Translations under genes and position numbers: made by a program | DNA from: Candidatus Latescibacterota bacterium | GTDB lineage: Bacteria; Latescibacterota; UBA2968; UBA8231 | Direction of reading: 5' to 3' | NCBI GenBank assembly: GCA_965200315.1 | Contig: OZ241362.1 | Coordinates: forward strand, 3,808,001 to 3,872,000 | DNA length: 64,000 bases | Shown: positions 20,189 to 31,000 of the stretch, piece after piece | How positions within the stretch are numbered: position 1 is the first letter of the stretch | How the letters are laid out: the number at the start of each line of letters is the position of its first letter | Notes under the pieces: model-generated | Seen by the model: only the letters and a program-made list of their open reading frames with translations | Told to the model about the DNA's origin: nothing | The model's database searches: none

Positions 20189-21586
20189 CTATTTCTTTTT
20201 ATTACCCGCCTGCAATCGGTCTGCCGCACCCACCGAACCAATGTGCAGCGTATCGTACGCCTGTTGCGCAGTCTCGAACGGCCCCTCGTGCGTCTTTGAG
20301 CCATGCCATTGCAAATTGGTGTACATCGGGTTGGTCGCGTCCGTTTCGCGCTCGCGCTTGGCGCCCCACGCCTCCATTCGCTCCTTCAGCATAGCAACGA
20401 TCCCCGGTTCTTTTTGGGCCAAGTTTTCCAACTCCAGCGGATCGTTGACCAAGTTGTACAGCTCAATCTCGGGCTTGAAGTGAAAGTCCGGCTCCAGCGC
20501 GACGATCAGCTTCCACTCCGGGGTGCGCCAGCCGTGCTTGCGCATCCAAGTACATTCGGTGATGTAGAAGTCCGAGTAGTTGGAGGCTTTCTCACCTGCG
20601 ACCAGCGGCAGTAGCGACTGGCCGTCAAAGGCGATGTCCGTGCGGATGCCGAGGAGTTCGAGGATGGTCGGCACCAAGTCTTGGTGCAAGGTGATACCAG
20701 AGACGCGTTCGCCAGCCGGCAGCGCGCCGGGTAGGCGGACAATCAGCGGCACGTAGAGGGTGTTTTCGTACGTGCCGTGATGGTCGTACCAGCACTCGTG
20801 CTCGTACAGGGTCTCGCCGTGGTCGCCGTTGATGACGATCAGGGTATTGTCGCTCAAGCCCAACTCTTCAACGCGAGTGAGGATGCGCTGAATGCAGGCG
20901 TCCATATAGGCGACAGCACCGTCGTACTGGGCATCGACATAGTGGCGGTCGCGCACTCCGGGCGGCATCCAGTCGGCGAAAAAGTCGCAGAAGGGCTTGA
21001 AGCTAAACACCGGATCCATGCTCTCGTTTGTTGGGTCGAATTCGTCGCCGCTGTAAAACATCCGCTCAAAGGGAGCCGGCGGCAGATACGGGGCGTGCGG
21101 ATCCATGTGGCGCAAGAAGAGAAAGAAGGGCTGCTCGGCCTGCGCTAGCCGTTCCAGTTCGGGAATGGCAACCTCGTTGAGGTTTTCGGCCTTGGGGCTG
21201 CGGCCTTCGACAAACGAACCCCAACTGGCATAGCTGAAATAGCGGTCGAAGCCGCGCGAACTGGGATTGCCGCTAAAGCCTACGCACGAGGTATCGTAGC
21301 CGTTCTGGCGCAGGATTTCGGGGAGGGTGCGGATGCGCTCGGGCAAGCCACCTTGGTGGCGTAGGGCAACGACGCTGGTGCCGAAGCAGTCGAGGCCGGT
21401 GAGCATGGAGGCGTAGGCCGAAGTGGTGGGTATGTGGGCCGAGTAGTTGCGCTCAAAGAGCACGGCGCTTTCGGCAAAGCGGTCAATGTGGGGCGTGGTC
21501 TGGCGGTGGTAGCCATAACAGCTCATATGATCGGCGCGCAGGCTGTCGATGCCGAAGAGAATGACGTTGGGCTTTTTAGCTGGCAT
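20189..21586 (-). CDS. Sulfatase-like alkaline-phosphatase-superfamily hydrolase
   Basis: PNVIL..DSLRADH, TPHID, DPHAPY, GDHGE, ELYNL..DP. Confidence 0.85.
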   Translation of the reverse strand: MPAKKPNVILFGIDSLRADHMSCYGYHRQTTPHIDRFAESAVLFERNYSAHIPTTSAYASMLTGLDCFGTSVVALRHQGGLPERIRTLPEILRQNGYDTSCVGFSGNPSSRGFDRYFSYASWGSFVEGRSPKAENLNEVAIPELERLAQAEQPFFLFLRHMDPHAPYLPPAPFERMFYSGDEFDPTNESMDPVFSFKPFCDFFADWMPPGVRDRHYVDAQYDGAVAYMDACIQRILTRVEELGLSDNTLIVINGDHGETLYEHECWYDHHGTYENTLYVPLIVRLPGALPAGERVSGITLHQDLVPTILELLGIRTDIAFDGQSLLPLVAGEKASNYSDFYITECTWMRKHGWRTPEWKLIVALEPDFHFKPEIELYNLVNDPLELENLAQKEPGIVAMLKERMEAWGAKRERETDATNPMYTNLQWHGSKTHEGPFETAQQAYDTLHIGSVGAADRLQAGNKKK

Positions 21587-21628
21587 TAGATCCTCTCGAT
21601 TAGGGGTAGGTATTGGCGTGTCATCGGG

Positions 21629-22042
21629 TTATTTGAGGACCGCACCGGGCCATTGGCTGTCGCTGGCCGTCACATCTACGGTAATGCCGTCGGGGTCTTC
21701 GACCTTGAAGGCTCCTTCTTGGATATTGTGGACATCAATCGGCTCTTTGCCTCCCAAGCCGTCGGAAAAAATCTCGTAACCCATGTCCAACAGGCGGCGA
21801 CCGGTCTCTTCGAGGTCGGGCACCCGCACACCGATATGCAGATAGTCGAGCATTCCGCTGACGTGGGGCGGGCGGGCCGGGCCGTTGTGCTGGAAGACCC
21901 GGAAATTGTGGTGGCCGTCGCTGAGGTCGTAGCAGCTTCCGTGGGTCGAGACCACGGGCAGACCGAGGCCGTCGCGCCAAAAGCGAATGGTCTTTTCGAG
22001 GTCTGTGGCCCGGACGCCAATGTGGACGAGTACTGTACTCAT
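21629..22042 (-). CDS. VOC (glyoxalase/bleomycin resistance) family protein
   Basis: HIGVRATDLEKTIRFW..GLG, HIGVRVPDL, EDPDG; AAGGAG RBS. Confidence 0.82.
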   Translation of the reverse strand: MSTVLVHIGVRATDLEKTIRFWRDGLGLPVVSTHGSCYDLSDGHHNFRVFQHNGPARPPHVSGMLDYLHIGVRVPDLEETGRRLLDMGYEIFSDGLGGKEPIDVHNIQEGAFKVEDPDGITVDVTASDSQWPGAVLK

Positions 22043-22274
22043 GGCATTTCTCCTTTCTCGTAGGCTCATAGCCGTTGTGCCATTAGTACCCATAATCTAA
22101 TAAACAAAGCACCGCACGGCACTACCGAGTTTGCAGGCCGGGATACTCTTCGTTTCATTGCATCTTAATGGAAATTTATTAAACTGAAAAAGTTTTTTTA
22201 TATCAATAAGTTATTGTTTTTTGGTTAGATGGAAAATCCCCCGTAAAACGAGGCAAAAAAAGGGGGCAAATTTC

Positions 22275-22303
22275 TTGACTTATATACAAATGTTTACTAT
22301 CTT
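22275..22303 (+). promoter_or_regulatory. Sigma70-like promoter of the small-ORF/ssb operon
   Basis: TTGACT-17 nt-TATCTT in an AT-rich intergenic region. Confidence 0.55.
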
Positions 22304-22342
22304 TTTGTGCAGGTAATCGGAGTAAAAAGGGCCTTTTTTTCG

Positions 22343-22474
22343 GTGGAAATCAAGCACTCAAGACCTCATCGCAAGGAGCAAAATCACAGGCGACGCGAGA
22401 TCATCAATCAGGGCCTGATGTACGCCCTCGTCAGCCTCTTCGTACTCGCGGTAAAACCGCTTCTCAACTCATAG
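22343..22474 (+). CDS. Putative 43-aa small membrane peptide
   Basis: GTG start; basic N-terminus followed by hydrophobic LMYALVSLFVLAV. Confidence 0.35.
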   Translation: MEIKHSRPHRKEQNHRRREIINQGLMYALVSLFVLAVKPLLNS

Positions 22475-22499
22475 TCGCTAGCCCTAGGAGAGCCGATCC

Positions 22500-22643
22500 A
22501 TGAACCCTATTTTTGCGTTTCACGCCTTGCGCGAAGTGAGCAAAAACAAACGCACCCAGCGCCAAGTAAGCCGGCTAGGGCCGATGTGTACAGGAGCGAT
22601 TTTCGTCGTCTGGAGCTTTCCCGTTTTCCGCTATCTCACCTAA
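22500..22643 (+). CDS. Putative 47-aa small membrane peptide
   Basis: AGGAG RBS; MNPIFAFHALREVSKNKRTQRQVSRLGPMCTGAIFVVWSFPVFRYLT. Confidence 0.45.
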   Translation: MNPIFAFHALREVSKNKRTQRQVSRLGPMCTGAIFVVWSFPVFRYLT

Positions 22644-22676
22644 CCTTCGGCTGAGCTCAGCCGAGCTGTCGAAGCC
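22644..22676. repeat. REP-like palindrome (family 2, GAGC.TGTCGAA core)
   Basis: CTTCGGCTGAGCTCAGCCGAGCTGTCGAAG; related GGCGTTGAGCCTGTCGAAACGCC at 24271-24293. Confidence 0.4.
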
Positions 22677-22696
22677 TAGCCCAAAAGGAGAAACTC

Positions 22697-22906
22697 ATGC
22701 CGCCTATCGCCAAAGATCGCATCGAACGCGCCGCACGAATCTATGCCAGCAACCACGACGCCGGCTCGGCCTTGGGCATTGCCCCGGGCAGCTTTAGCCG
22801 CCTCTGCCGCCGCTACGGCATCGAGACGCCTCAAGCGCGCAAGCGCCGTCAGCGCAGCGAGTGGACGCAGGATCACTTCAGCCTGCACAACCGAGAGGAG
22901 CAGTAA
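22697..22906 (+). CDS. Small helix-turn-helix-like protein
   Basis: AAGGAG RBS; [22 protein letters not shown] is a Fis-like HTH pattern. Confidence 0.7.
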   Translation: MPPIAKDRIERAARIYASNHDAGSALGIAPGSFSRLCRRYGIETPQARKRRQRSEWTQDHFSLHNREEQ

Positions 22907-22907
22907 C

Positions 22908-23321
22908 ATGTCAAGTCTCAACAAGGTTTTACTCATCGGCAACTTAGGGTCCGATCCCGAGACGCGCTTTACCCCCAGCGGCGCTCAGGTGGCCAACTTC
23001 AGCATGGCCACCAGCGAATCGTGGAACGACAAGAACGGGCAGCGCCAAGAGCGCACCGAATGGCACCGCATCGTCTTGTGGCAGCGCCTCGCCGAAATCG
23101 CTGGTCAGTACCTAAAAAAGGGCAGCAAGGTCTACATCGAGGGCAAGCTGCAAACGCGCTCGTGGGAAGATCAGCAGGGCCAGAAGCGCCAGACCATCGA
23201 GATCGTCGCCAACACCATGAAAATGCTCGGCGCCGAGCGAGCCGCCGAGGTCAACGGCAACGGCCATGCACTCGCCGCTGTTCCCGCGGCCGGTCCCGAT
23301 CGCGACGATCTGCCCTTTTAG
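22908..23321 (+). CDS. ssb: Single-stranded DNA-binding protein
   Basis: [38 protein letters not shown]-terminal DDLPF. Confidence 0.95.
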   Translation: MSSLNKVLLIGNLGSDPETRFTPSGAQVANFSMATSESWNDKNGQRQERTEWHRIVLWQRLAEIAGQYLKKGSKVYIEGKLQTRSWEDQQGQKRQTIEIVANTMKMLGAERAAEVNGNGHALAAVPAAGPDRDDLPF

Positions 23322-23370
23322 CCCTTCCACCCTTCCGCCGGGTTGACGCTCGGACGAGATGTATTAGCTT

Positions 23371-23407
23371 GGTCGCGGTCCGCAAAGGATGCGCGGCCAT
23401 TTTTTTA
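23371..23407 (+). terminator. Probable intrinsic terminator after ssb
   Basis: GGTCGCG..CGCGGCC stem followed by a T-run. Confidence 0.45.
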
Positions 23408-23427
23408 TTCTTTTCTAAGGAGCGATC

Positions 23428-24264
23428 ATGGCGTTTGAACTCAACGCGCCGAGCAAAATAAAGAACATAACGAGCGCGTATTCAGGCCCGCGCTTTCGCG
23501 ACGGGCGGCCCAAAGTTGACGACGATGTCGTCGAACGGATGAAGCGGGTGACCATTGAGGAAGCCTGGGGTGTGCTGATGGGCAAGGGGCATTCGTTTCA
23601 GTTCGACGGCGACTGGATCAACCTGCATCCAAACCGCGTGCTAGTCGGCCGTGCGGTAACGGCCCGCTATATCCCACATCGGCCCGACTTCAACGACGTC
23701 GTGCAGGCCGAGGGCGAGCGGCACGGGCGGATCGGCGGCCAGAATAGCTGGGTCATCGACACCTTAGTCGCCAACGACTTATTGGTCGTCGATTTGTTCG
23801 GCAAGGTGCTGCGCGGGACCTTTATCGGAGACAACCTCGGCACGGCGATCGCGACCAACACTGGCGGTACGGGCCTAATCGTCGATGGCGGTATCCGCGA
23901 CGACCACCGCGTGCGCAAGCTGCCGATCAACGTGCTCTGTAGGGGGCTGCATCCCTCGGCAATCGGCGAGGTGACCATGGCCGAGATCAACGGCCCGGTG
24001 CGGGTGGGTGAGGCAACCTGTATGCCCGGCGATATCGTGCTGGCAACCCCCACGGGCGCAATTTTCGTGCCGCCGCAATACGCCCGCGAGGTCGTGGAGT
24101 CATCCGAAAACACCCGCCTGCGCGACTATTGGGGCAAAAAGAGCATTGCCGACGGCCGCTACACGCCCGGAGAAGTGGATCGCAAGTGGTCGCCAAAGAT
24201 GGACAAAGAATTCGCCAAGTGGAAGGAAACGGCGGACATAGAGGCTATTTTCGCCGAATTATAA
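23428..24264 (+). CDS. RraA/HMG-aldolase family protein
   Basis: LVGRAVT, IGDNL, VDGGIRD, PGDIV. Confidence 0.82.
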   Translation: MAFELNAPSKIKNITSAYSGPRFRDGRPKVDDDVVERMKRVTIEEAWGVLMGKGHSFQFDGDWINLHPNRVLVGRAVTARYIPHRPDFNDVVQAEGERHGRIGGQNSWVIDTLVANDLLVVDLFGKVLRGTFIGDNLGTAIATNTGGTGLIVDGGIRDDHRVRKLPINVLCRGLHPSAIGEVTMAEINGPVRVGEATCMPGDIVLATPTGAIFVPPQYAREVVESSENTRLRDYWGKKSIADGRYTPGEVDRKWSPKMDKEFAKWKETADIEAIFAEL

Positions 24265-24330
24265 AAAACAGGCGTTGAGCCTGTCGAAACGCCACCGGCG
24301 ACGAAATAGGGTAGCTGCACTCGTCTCCTT

Positions 24331-25410
24331 TCACCGCGCCAGCCAAGCACTGAAGCGCTCGTTCATTTCGTCCATGTTGTCGCTCCACCAGCGCCAGTCG
24401 CTGCGCAGTGCGCCCGCCGCGTTGGCTGGATATGTAGGCATGTGCGGAGCCATTGTCTCACCGGTCTCGGCATGCGCATGCACCAAGTCCATGCCCGAAC
24501 GACGCGCTGGCGCATAGGCGATATGGCAGCCCACACCGGCCATGGACGACGGCCGCGCCGCAAAGGCGAGGAACTTGCGCGCGGCCTCCAAATTTGGCGC
24601 ACCCGCCGCGATGACTAACTGGCCCGTGTCCAGCACTTGGCCGTCCCAGACGATGGTAAACGTCTGCTTCTCCAAGACCTGCGCGTTGAAGATGCGCCCG
24701 TTGTACGCCGTGGTCATCACCACTTCGCCATCGGCGAGCATCTGCGGCGGCTGCGCGCCGGTCTCCCACCAAACCACCTGATCCTTGATGGTGTCGAGCT
24801 TGCGGAATGCGCGATTGACTCCTTCGGGCGTGGCGAGGGTGGCGTACACCTCGTCCCGGGGCACTCCGTCGGCCATCAGGGCAAACTCCAAGTTGACGGC
24901 TGGCACGCGCCGCATCCCGCGCCGCCCCGGGAACGTTTCAAGGTCGAAAAAGTCGGCGATGGTCTCTGGTTTGCGCTCCTTAAAATGCTCCGCGTGGTAC
25001 GCATAAACAGTCGAGTAGAACAACGTGCCGATGCCGCACTCGCCCATCGTTTCCGGGTAGAAGTCGTCCTCGGGCGCTTCGCCGTTTGCCCCAAGAGGCA
25101 TCTCTAAGTCCAGCACTTCGAGGAGACCCTCGTCGCAGCCGGTCATGGCATCGGCGAGTTCCATATCTATCACGTCCCAATACACGGCCCCCGCATCCAC
25201 TTGGGCGCGCAATTGGGCGAGGCCGCCGTTGTAGTCCTCCAAGCGGACTTCTATGCCCGTCTCTTCCGTGAACGCCTCGTGATAGCCTTTCGCGCAGGCG
25301 CGCGCATACGAACCACCCCAAGACACCACAGTCAGGGATTCCGCGTTGGCCGCCGCACACCACGTCAGCGCGGCCAACGCCCCCGTCCAAACTAGCCTAG
25401 TTAAATTCAT
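24331..25410 (-). CDS. ABC transporter substrate-binding protein (PotD/polyamine-like)
   Basis: Signal peptide; VVSWGGSY, DFFDLETFPGRRG, LEFALMADG, AYNGR. Confidence 0.88.
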   Translation of the reverse strand: MNLTRLVWTGALAALTWCAAANAESLTVVSWGGSYARACAKGYHEAFTEETGIEVRLEDYNGGLAQLRAQVDAGAVYWDVIDMELADAMTGCDEGLLEVLDLEMPLGANGEAPEDDFYPETMGECGIGTLFYSTVYAYHAEHFKERKPETIADFFDLETFPGRRGMRRVPAVNLEFALMADGVPRDEVYATLATPEGVNRAFRKLDTIKDQVVWWETGAQPPQMLADGEVVMTTAYNGRIFNAQVLEKQTFTIVWDGQVLDTGQLVIAAGAPNLEAARKFLAFAARPSSMAGVGCHIAYAPARRSGMDLVHAHAETGETMAPHMPTYPANAAGALRSDWRWWSDNMDEMNERFSAWLAR

Positions 25411-25416
25411 AATCGC

Positions 25417-26052
25417 TTACTTTCTTGGCTGCGGGGTAACGCGCAAGTAGGGCTTAACTGCCGTAAAGCCCTCGGGGAATTTCTCAGTGGCTTCCTCGTC
25501 CGAGAGGGCCGGGACCACGATGCAGTCGTCGCCATCTTGCCAATTGGCCGGGGTAGCGACCGAGTAATTCGCCGTCAGTTGCAGCGAGTCGATCACGCGC
25601 AAAATTTCGTCGAAGTTGCGGCCGGTCGAGGCCGGGTACGTCAGCGTCAACTTGACCTTTTTGTCCGGGCCGATGACAAAAACCGAGCGCACGGTCATAT
25701 TGTCGAGCGCGTTGGGGTGGATCATGTCGTAGAGCCCGGAGACCTTGCGGTCGGGATCGGCGATCATCGGAAAATTGACATGGGCGTTTTGGGTCTCGTT
25801 GATGTCGTCGATCCAGCCCTCGTGATCGTCAACCGAGTTAACGCTCAAGGCGATGACCTTGACGCCGCGCTTTTTGAACTCCTCTTCGATATTGGCCACT
25901 ACACCTAACTCTGTGGTGCAGACCGGGGTGAAGTCGGCGGGGTGGGAAAAGAGCACTCCCCAAGAGCCGCCGAGCCATTCGTGAAAGTTGATGGGGCCTG
26001 CGGTGGTTTCCGCACTGAAATTCGGGGCTTCGTCGCCGAGTCGGATTGCCAT
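25417..26052 (-). CDS. 1-Cys peroxiredoxin (Prx6)
   Basis: FSHPADFTPVCTTE, YPASTGRNFDE, ATPANW. Confidence 0.95.
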   Translation of the reverse strand: MAIRLGDEAPNFSAETTAGPINFHEWLGGSWGVLFSHPADFTPVCTTELGVVANIEEEFKKRGVKVIALSVNSVDDHEGWIDDINETQNAHVNFPMIADPDRKVSGLYDMIHPNALDNMTVRSVFVIGPDKKVKLTLTYPASTGRNFDEILRVIDSLQLTANYSVATPANWQDGDDCIVVPALSDEEATEKFPEGFTAVKPYLRVTPQPRK

Positions 26053-26127
26053 GATGGTTCTCCTTACTTCCTGCGTGTGAGAGGGTTAAAAACGAGTGCT
26101 TAAATATCAAAGTACACCTAGCGGTCG

Positions 26128-26955
26128 TCAATTAGTCGCCAACAGCCGCTTGAGATAGCGAGCGCTTGCGCGGACCGCGGCTTCTGTGCCCAGTTCGGCC
26201 GAGGCCTGATGGACTGTTACATAGCCCTCGTAGCCGACCGCACGCAGCGCGTCAATCAGCGGCGCAAAGCTAATCCCTCCTTCCTCCCACAAGGGAATCT
26301 GGCGGAACCGCACCTCGCCGCGGCACCACGTATTGAGCGCGTCTGGACCATCGGCGGTCAAGACGTGATTTTGCAGATACACATTGAATAGGTGCGGCGC
26401 AAAGCGGCGGATGGTATCGAGCCTATAAGGCTGGCCGCATAGCTCTAGATTGGCTGGTTCGTAGATCAGGCCGAAATTGGCGCGGCCAATGCTCGCCAAA
26501 ACTTGCAGCGAGCGGTCGATTTCCTCGAAGAGGCTGCGGGTGTGGCACTGGTGCGCGAGGCGCAGACCGCGCTCGGCGGCTTCGTCCGCGGCCCGGCGTG
26601 CCCAAGCGATATCTTCGTCTTTTTTCAAGCAGACGCGCAGCAGCGGAGCGCCGAGCTGTTCGGCCAAGTTGAGATAGGGCGTTATATTGCGGAGGGCATC
26701 CGGCCCTTGATCGGAGTTTTCCGGGATGGGAAAGTCGCCGGTGAGCATGGAGACGGCCAGCGGGTAGCGGTCGAGCAGGGCGCGCACAGCGGCGACCGTC
26801 TCTGGCGGGCTGTGGACGCCCACTTGCGAAGCGCGCATACACAGCCCGCTGTACCCGTGGTCGGTGGCGAGGGCTGCCAATTGCTCGAGCGTCATATTGG
26901 CTTCGCGCTTGGCGTGGAATTTTTCGGCCACGCGGACCGAGAGCGAAAGTTTCAT
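26128..26955 (-). CDS. Sugar phosphate isomerase/epimerase TIM-barrel protein
   Basis: Start MKLSLSVRVAE; LAHQCH, LIYEPAN, GYEGYVTVH. Confidence 0.72.
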   Translation of the reverse strand: MKLSLSVRVAEKFHAKREANMTLEQLAALATDHGYSGLCMRASQVGVHSPPETVAAVRALLDRYPLAVSMLTGDFPIPENSDQGPDALRNITPYLNLAEQLGAPLLRVCLKKDEDIAWARRAADEAAERGLRLAHQCHTRSLFEEIDRSLQVLASIGRANFGLIYEPANLELCGQPYRLDTIRRFAPHLFNVYLQNHVLTADGPDALNTWCRGEVRFRQIPLWEEGGISFAPLIDALRAVGYEGYVTVHQASAELGTEAAVRASARYLKRLLATN

Positions 26956-27022
26956 GGAGTTCCTCGCGGTTGGGGTTGTTGGCGGCTTCGGGTAATCTGC
27001 ACAAAGAAAGGATAGCAAACCA

Positions 27023-27883
27023 ATGGGAACAATCCGCGCAATACGGCTTGCAGTGGTCGCTGGCTTGGTGGCCGTTCCAGCCGAGGCTTGGTGGGGGGAT
27101 GGACACGGGATTCTGACCGAGGGGGCCGTGCTGGCTCTGCCGGAGGACATGCCGGCTTTCTTTCGCCAAGGTGGCACCATTGCCAGCCACGTGGTCTTCG
27201 ATCCAGACCTGTTTAAGAATCGCCGCGCTCCCTTGCTGAGCCACGCCGAGCACGGAGAGCACTATTTCGATCTGGAGTACCTTGGCGGGCGAGCGATTCC
27301 GGCGAAGCGCTATGACTTTATAGCCTTGTGCTTTGAGCTACAACTCGATCCGACCAAGGTCGGAATGGCTCCCTACGCCATTGCCGAGTGGACCGAGCGG
27401 CTAACTGTGGCCTTTGCCGAGCATCGCCAGTGGCCGGAGAACGAGGCGATTCAACAGAAGTGCCTCGTCTATGCGGGCATTCTCGCTCACTATGCCGAAG
27501 ACATCTGCCAGCCCCTGCACGCGACTTGGGACTACAACGGCAAAAAGCAAGCAGACGGCACGATTATCGGCAAGGGCATCCACGAACAGGTGGATTCATC
27601 GGTGGAACGGCTCGGGTTTGCGCCCGAGGATTTGGCGGCCGAGCAGGACATTGTAGTCTTTAATTCGCTGATGAAGGCCATCACCGACCGGATCAGAGCA
27701 AGCAACTGGCGAGTGGAAGAAGTGTACGCGCTGTGGGGCCACTGGGAAGACGAGAACGACGCCCAAGTGCGCGCCTTGACCTTAGATTTGGCCCGCACCT
27801 CCGTGCGCTTTACGGCCTCACTTTACCTGACAGCTTGGCACCAGTCTGCTGAAATTCGCTTGCCGAGGTGGTTGGAGAGGTGA
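27023..27883 (+). CDS. Secreted S1/P1 nuclease / zinc-dependent phospholipase C family protein
   Basis: Signal peptide then W..GH, PD, HYFD, HYAEDICQPLH, HEQVD zinc ligands. Confidence 0.8.
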   Translation: MGTIRAIRLAVVAGLVAVPAEAWWGDGHGILTEGAVLALPEDMPAFFRQGGTIASHVVFDPDLFKNRRAPLLSHAEHGEHYFDLEYLGGRAIPAKRYDFIALCFELQLDPTKVGMAPYAIAEWTERLTVAFAEHRQWPENEAIQQKCLVYAGILAHYAEDICQPLHATWDYNGKKQADGTIIGKGIHEQVDSSVERLGFAPEDLAAEQDIVVFNSLMKAITDRIRASNWRVEEVYALWGHWEDENDAQVRALTLDLARTSVRFTASLYLTAWHQSAEIRLPRWLER

Positions 27884-28014
27884 GCGGACAGTTGTTTGTA
27901 TGGCAAAATTCAGGTGTATTGATTTGACTAGGTACTATTAAAGGGCGTGATTTTTCAAGATTGATCTCGCTCGTTTTCGCGTTCTGCATTACCCTCAACC
28001 CACAGGTCATCTCC

Positions 28015-31000
28015 ATGAACGCTTCGACGTCATCCATTGTCCCTAGTGTCACCGACAAGCTCAACCGGCTGAAGGCCCTGCTGCGCGATATGTTCCAACT
28101 CGACCGCGGAGACCTCGACTTCGGCCTGTATCGCATCATGAACATGAAGGCTGGCGAAATCTCGGCGTTTCTCGACAATGATCTACTGCCGCAGGTGAAA
28201 GAGGCCTTGGAGGGGCTCACTGGCAATCAAGTCACCGAAATAGAAGGGAAACTGAACGAGACCATCGAAACCTTGCAGGGCCTGAGAGTCAATCCGGACG
28301 AGAACGAAGTCGTCCAAGAGCTCCGTGCACGACTCGCCGAAGCAAGGCGCGACGCAGATGCTGAGGCCGACGTGTACAATCATCTCGCCAACTTTTTTTT
28401 TCGTTACTATGCCGAGGGCGACTTCATCTCGCAGCGTCGTTACTCAAGCGGTGGGCGTACGGCTTACCTTATCCCTTACGATGGTGAGGAGGTCAAGTTA
28501 CACTGGGCTAATGCGGACCAGTACTACGTCAAGACGACAGAGAACTACGCCTCTTATATTTTCATAGTTGGCACAGGTGAAGCGGAGAGGCGCGTACGTT
28601 TTGAAATCGCCGCAGCCAATAACGAGAGAGACAACATCAAGGAAGCCGACAGCAAGCAACGTCGTTTCGTACTCGAGAGTGGCAATGATGCCATTGCGGT
28701 TGAAGATGACGCGCTCATTGTGCGCTTTGAACACCGTCCGCTGACCGATAGCGAAAAGCAGATGTGGACGGGCAATGGTGTTAGACAACAGGGTAAGATC
28801 AACGAGGCGGTGGTCAAGCGGATTCTCAAGGAGGTAACCCCAGACTGGCTGGCTCTACTAGATGTGTCGGTACCTACGGATGCCAATAGTGATCGGACGT
28901 TGCTTGAGAAGCACGTCGAGCGATACACGGCTAAGAACAGTTTTGATTACTTTATCCACAAGGACCTCGGCGGCTTTTTGTGCCGCGAGTTGGACCTGTA
29001 CCTGAACACGGAAGTGCTGAACTTGGACGATCTGGAGCAGGGCGACACCTCTCGGCTGGACCGGGCACTGGCGCGTGTGCGTGCGACCCGTCATATCGGC
29101 GGGAAGATCATCGACTTTCTAGCGCAACTGGAGGACTTTCAGAAGCAACTCTGGCTAAAGAAAAAATTTGTGCTCGAAACCGACTGGTGCGTCACTCTGG
29201 ACCGCGTCCCTGAAGTTCTATATTCCGAAATCGCCGCCAACGCAGCACAATGCGAGGAATGGGTTGATCTATTTGCCGTTGACGAGATCCCGGGCGATCT
29301 GATAAATGGAGGCGAGACCTATAACAACCCGCCGAGTGTCGATTTTCTCAAAGCCAATCCCTACTTGGTGCTGGACACGCGGCACTTTGAACACGACTTC
29401 ACCGACCGGCTGCTGGCGGCACTTTCCGAGGACGGACCGCTAGATGAGCAGATGGACGGGCTGTTGGTACACGGAGAGAATTTTCAGGCGTTGAATCTGC
29501 TGCAAGCACGGTATCATGGGCAAGTGCAGTGTATTTATATTGATCCTCCGTACAACGCCAAGTCATCGGAAATTATCTACAAGAACACTTACCGGAATTC
29601 CAGTTGGATCTCCCTTATCGAGAATAGGCTAGCAGAGGTACGCAACCTTGAATCCGCCCAAGCAGTGGTGGTAATAGCTATTGACGAAGTTGAGCAGGAA
29701 TACCTTGGATGTCTCCTAAATGTAGTGTTTGCAGACAAGGCGAAGACCTGTGTCACTGTCGTTCACAACGCGACAGGCCAACAGGGCAATAACTTCTCGT
29801 CAACGCACGAATACGCCTACTTTTTATATCCCATCAATGGTCAAAGTATTGGACTCCAAGAACGCGCAGATAATCCAGACATCCGGCCTCTCAGGGATGT
29901 CAGTAAGGGTGAACATCTACGGACAGATGCAGCTAACTGCTTCTATCCAATCCTTGTACTTGATGGTGAGATCATCGGCTTTGGTGAGGTGTGCTCTGAT
30001 GACTTCCACCCTGGAGGAATCAACGTGGTTCGGGAGAATGGAATGGTTGAGGTTTATCCGATTGACCCTTCTGGGACAGAGCGTAAATGGGTATTTGCCC
30101 GGCAGAGTGTCGAGGACATAAGAGCCGAACTCTTTGCAGAACAGGATGCTGAGACAGGTGAGTGGGACATTATCCGAAAAAAGAGCCACTTCAACTATAA
30201 GACTGCGTGGACCGAAAAGCGATATTCCGCTAATTCGTGGGGGAGTAGGGTACTCAATAACATCTTGAAGGATAATGAGTTTTCCTATCCTAAGTCGGTA
30301 CACACTGTTCGGGATTGTATTGACGCGGCCCTCAATAACGAATCGTCCGGTACAGTACTCGACTACTTCGCTGGCTCCGGTACCACCGGCCATGCGGTTA
30401 TCAACCTCAACCGAGAGGATGACGGACAGCGTAAATATACTTTGGTAGAAATAGGCGACCACTTCGACACGGTTCTATTGCCGCGTATGAAGAAGGTCGT
30501 CTACTCGCCGGACTGGAAGGATGGCAAGCCATTTTCGCGCAATGGCGTCACACAGTTGTTCAAGTACATCCGACTGGAATCGTATGAAGATACGATGGAC
30601 AGTCTTGAAGTGACGCCGCCCTCGGAGGCACAGCAGGATTTATTGGCCAAGAACCCCGCGTTGGCCGAGGATTATCGGCTACGCTACGCGCTCGGCGTGG
30701 AAACGGCTGGTAGCGCGTGTCTGTTGGGCAAGGCATTCATCGATCCCTTCGCCTACACGCTCTCCGTCGTGCGCGATGGTGTGCGCCGAGAGGTTCAGGT
30801 TGACCTACCCGAGACTTTCAACTATTTGATAGGTTTACGCGTAACATCCCACCAGCGGATTGACGATGTGCTCGCTATCACAGGCATGGACCCCGAAGGG
30901 CGCAACTGTCTGATCCTCTGGCGCAATCTCGACGAGATGGACTACGCCGCGCTAGACGCTTGGTTTGATCGCAACCGCGAGCAGTTCGCTGAATCGCTGG

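Noticed and set aside
22697-23321. Prophage remnant suggested by ssb plus a small HTH gene
   Set aside because: No integrase, structural or replication phage genes nearby.
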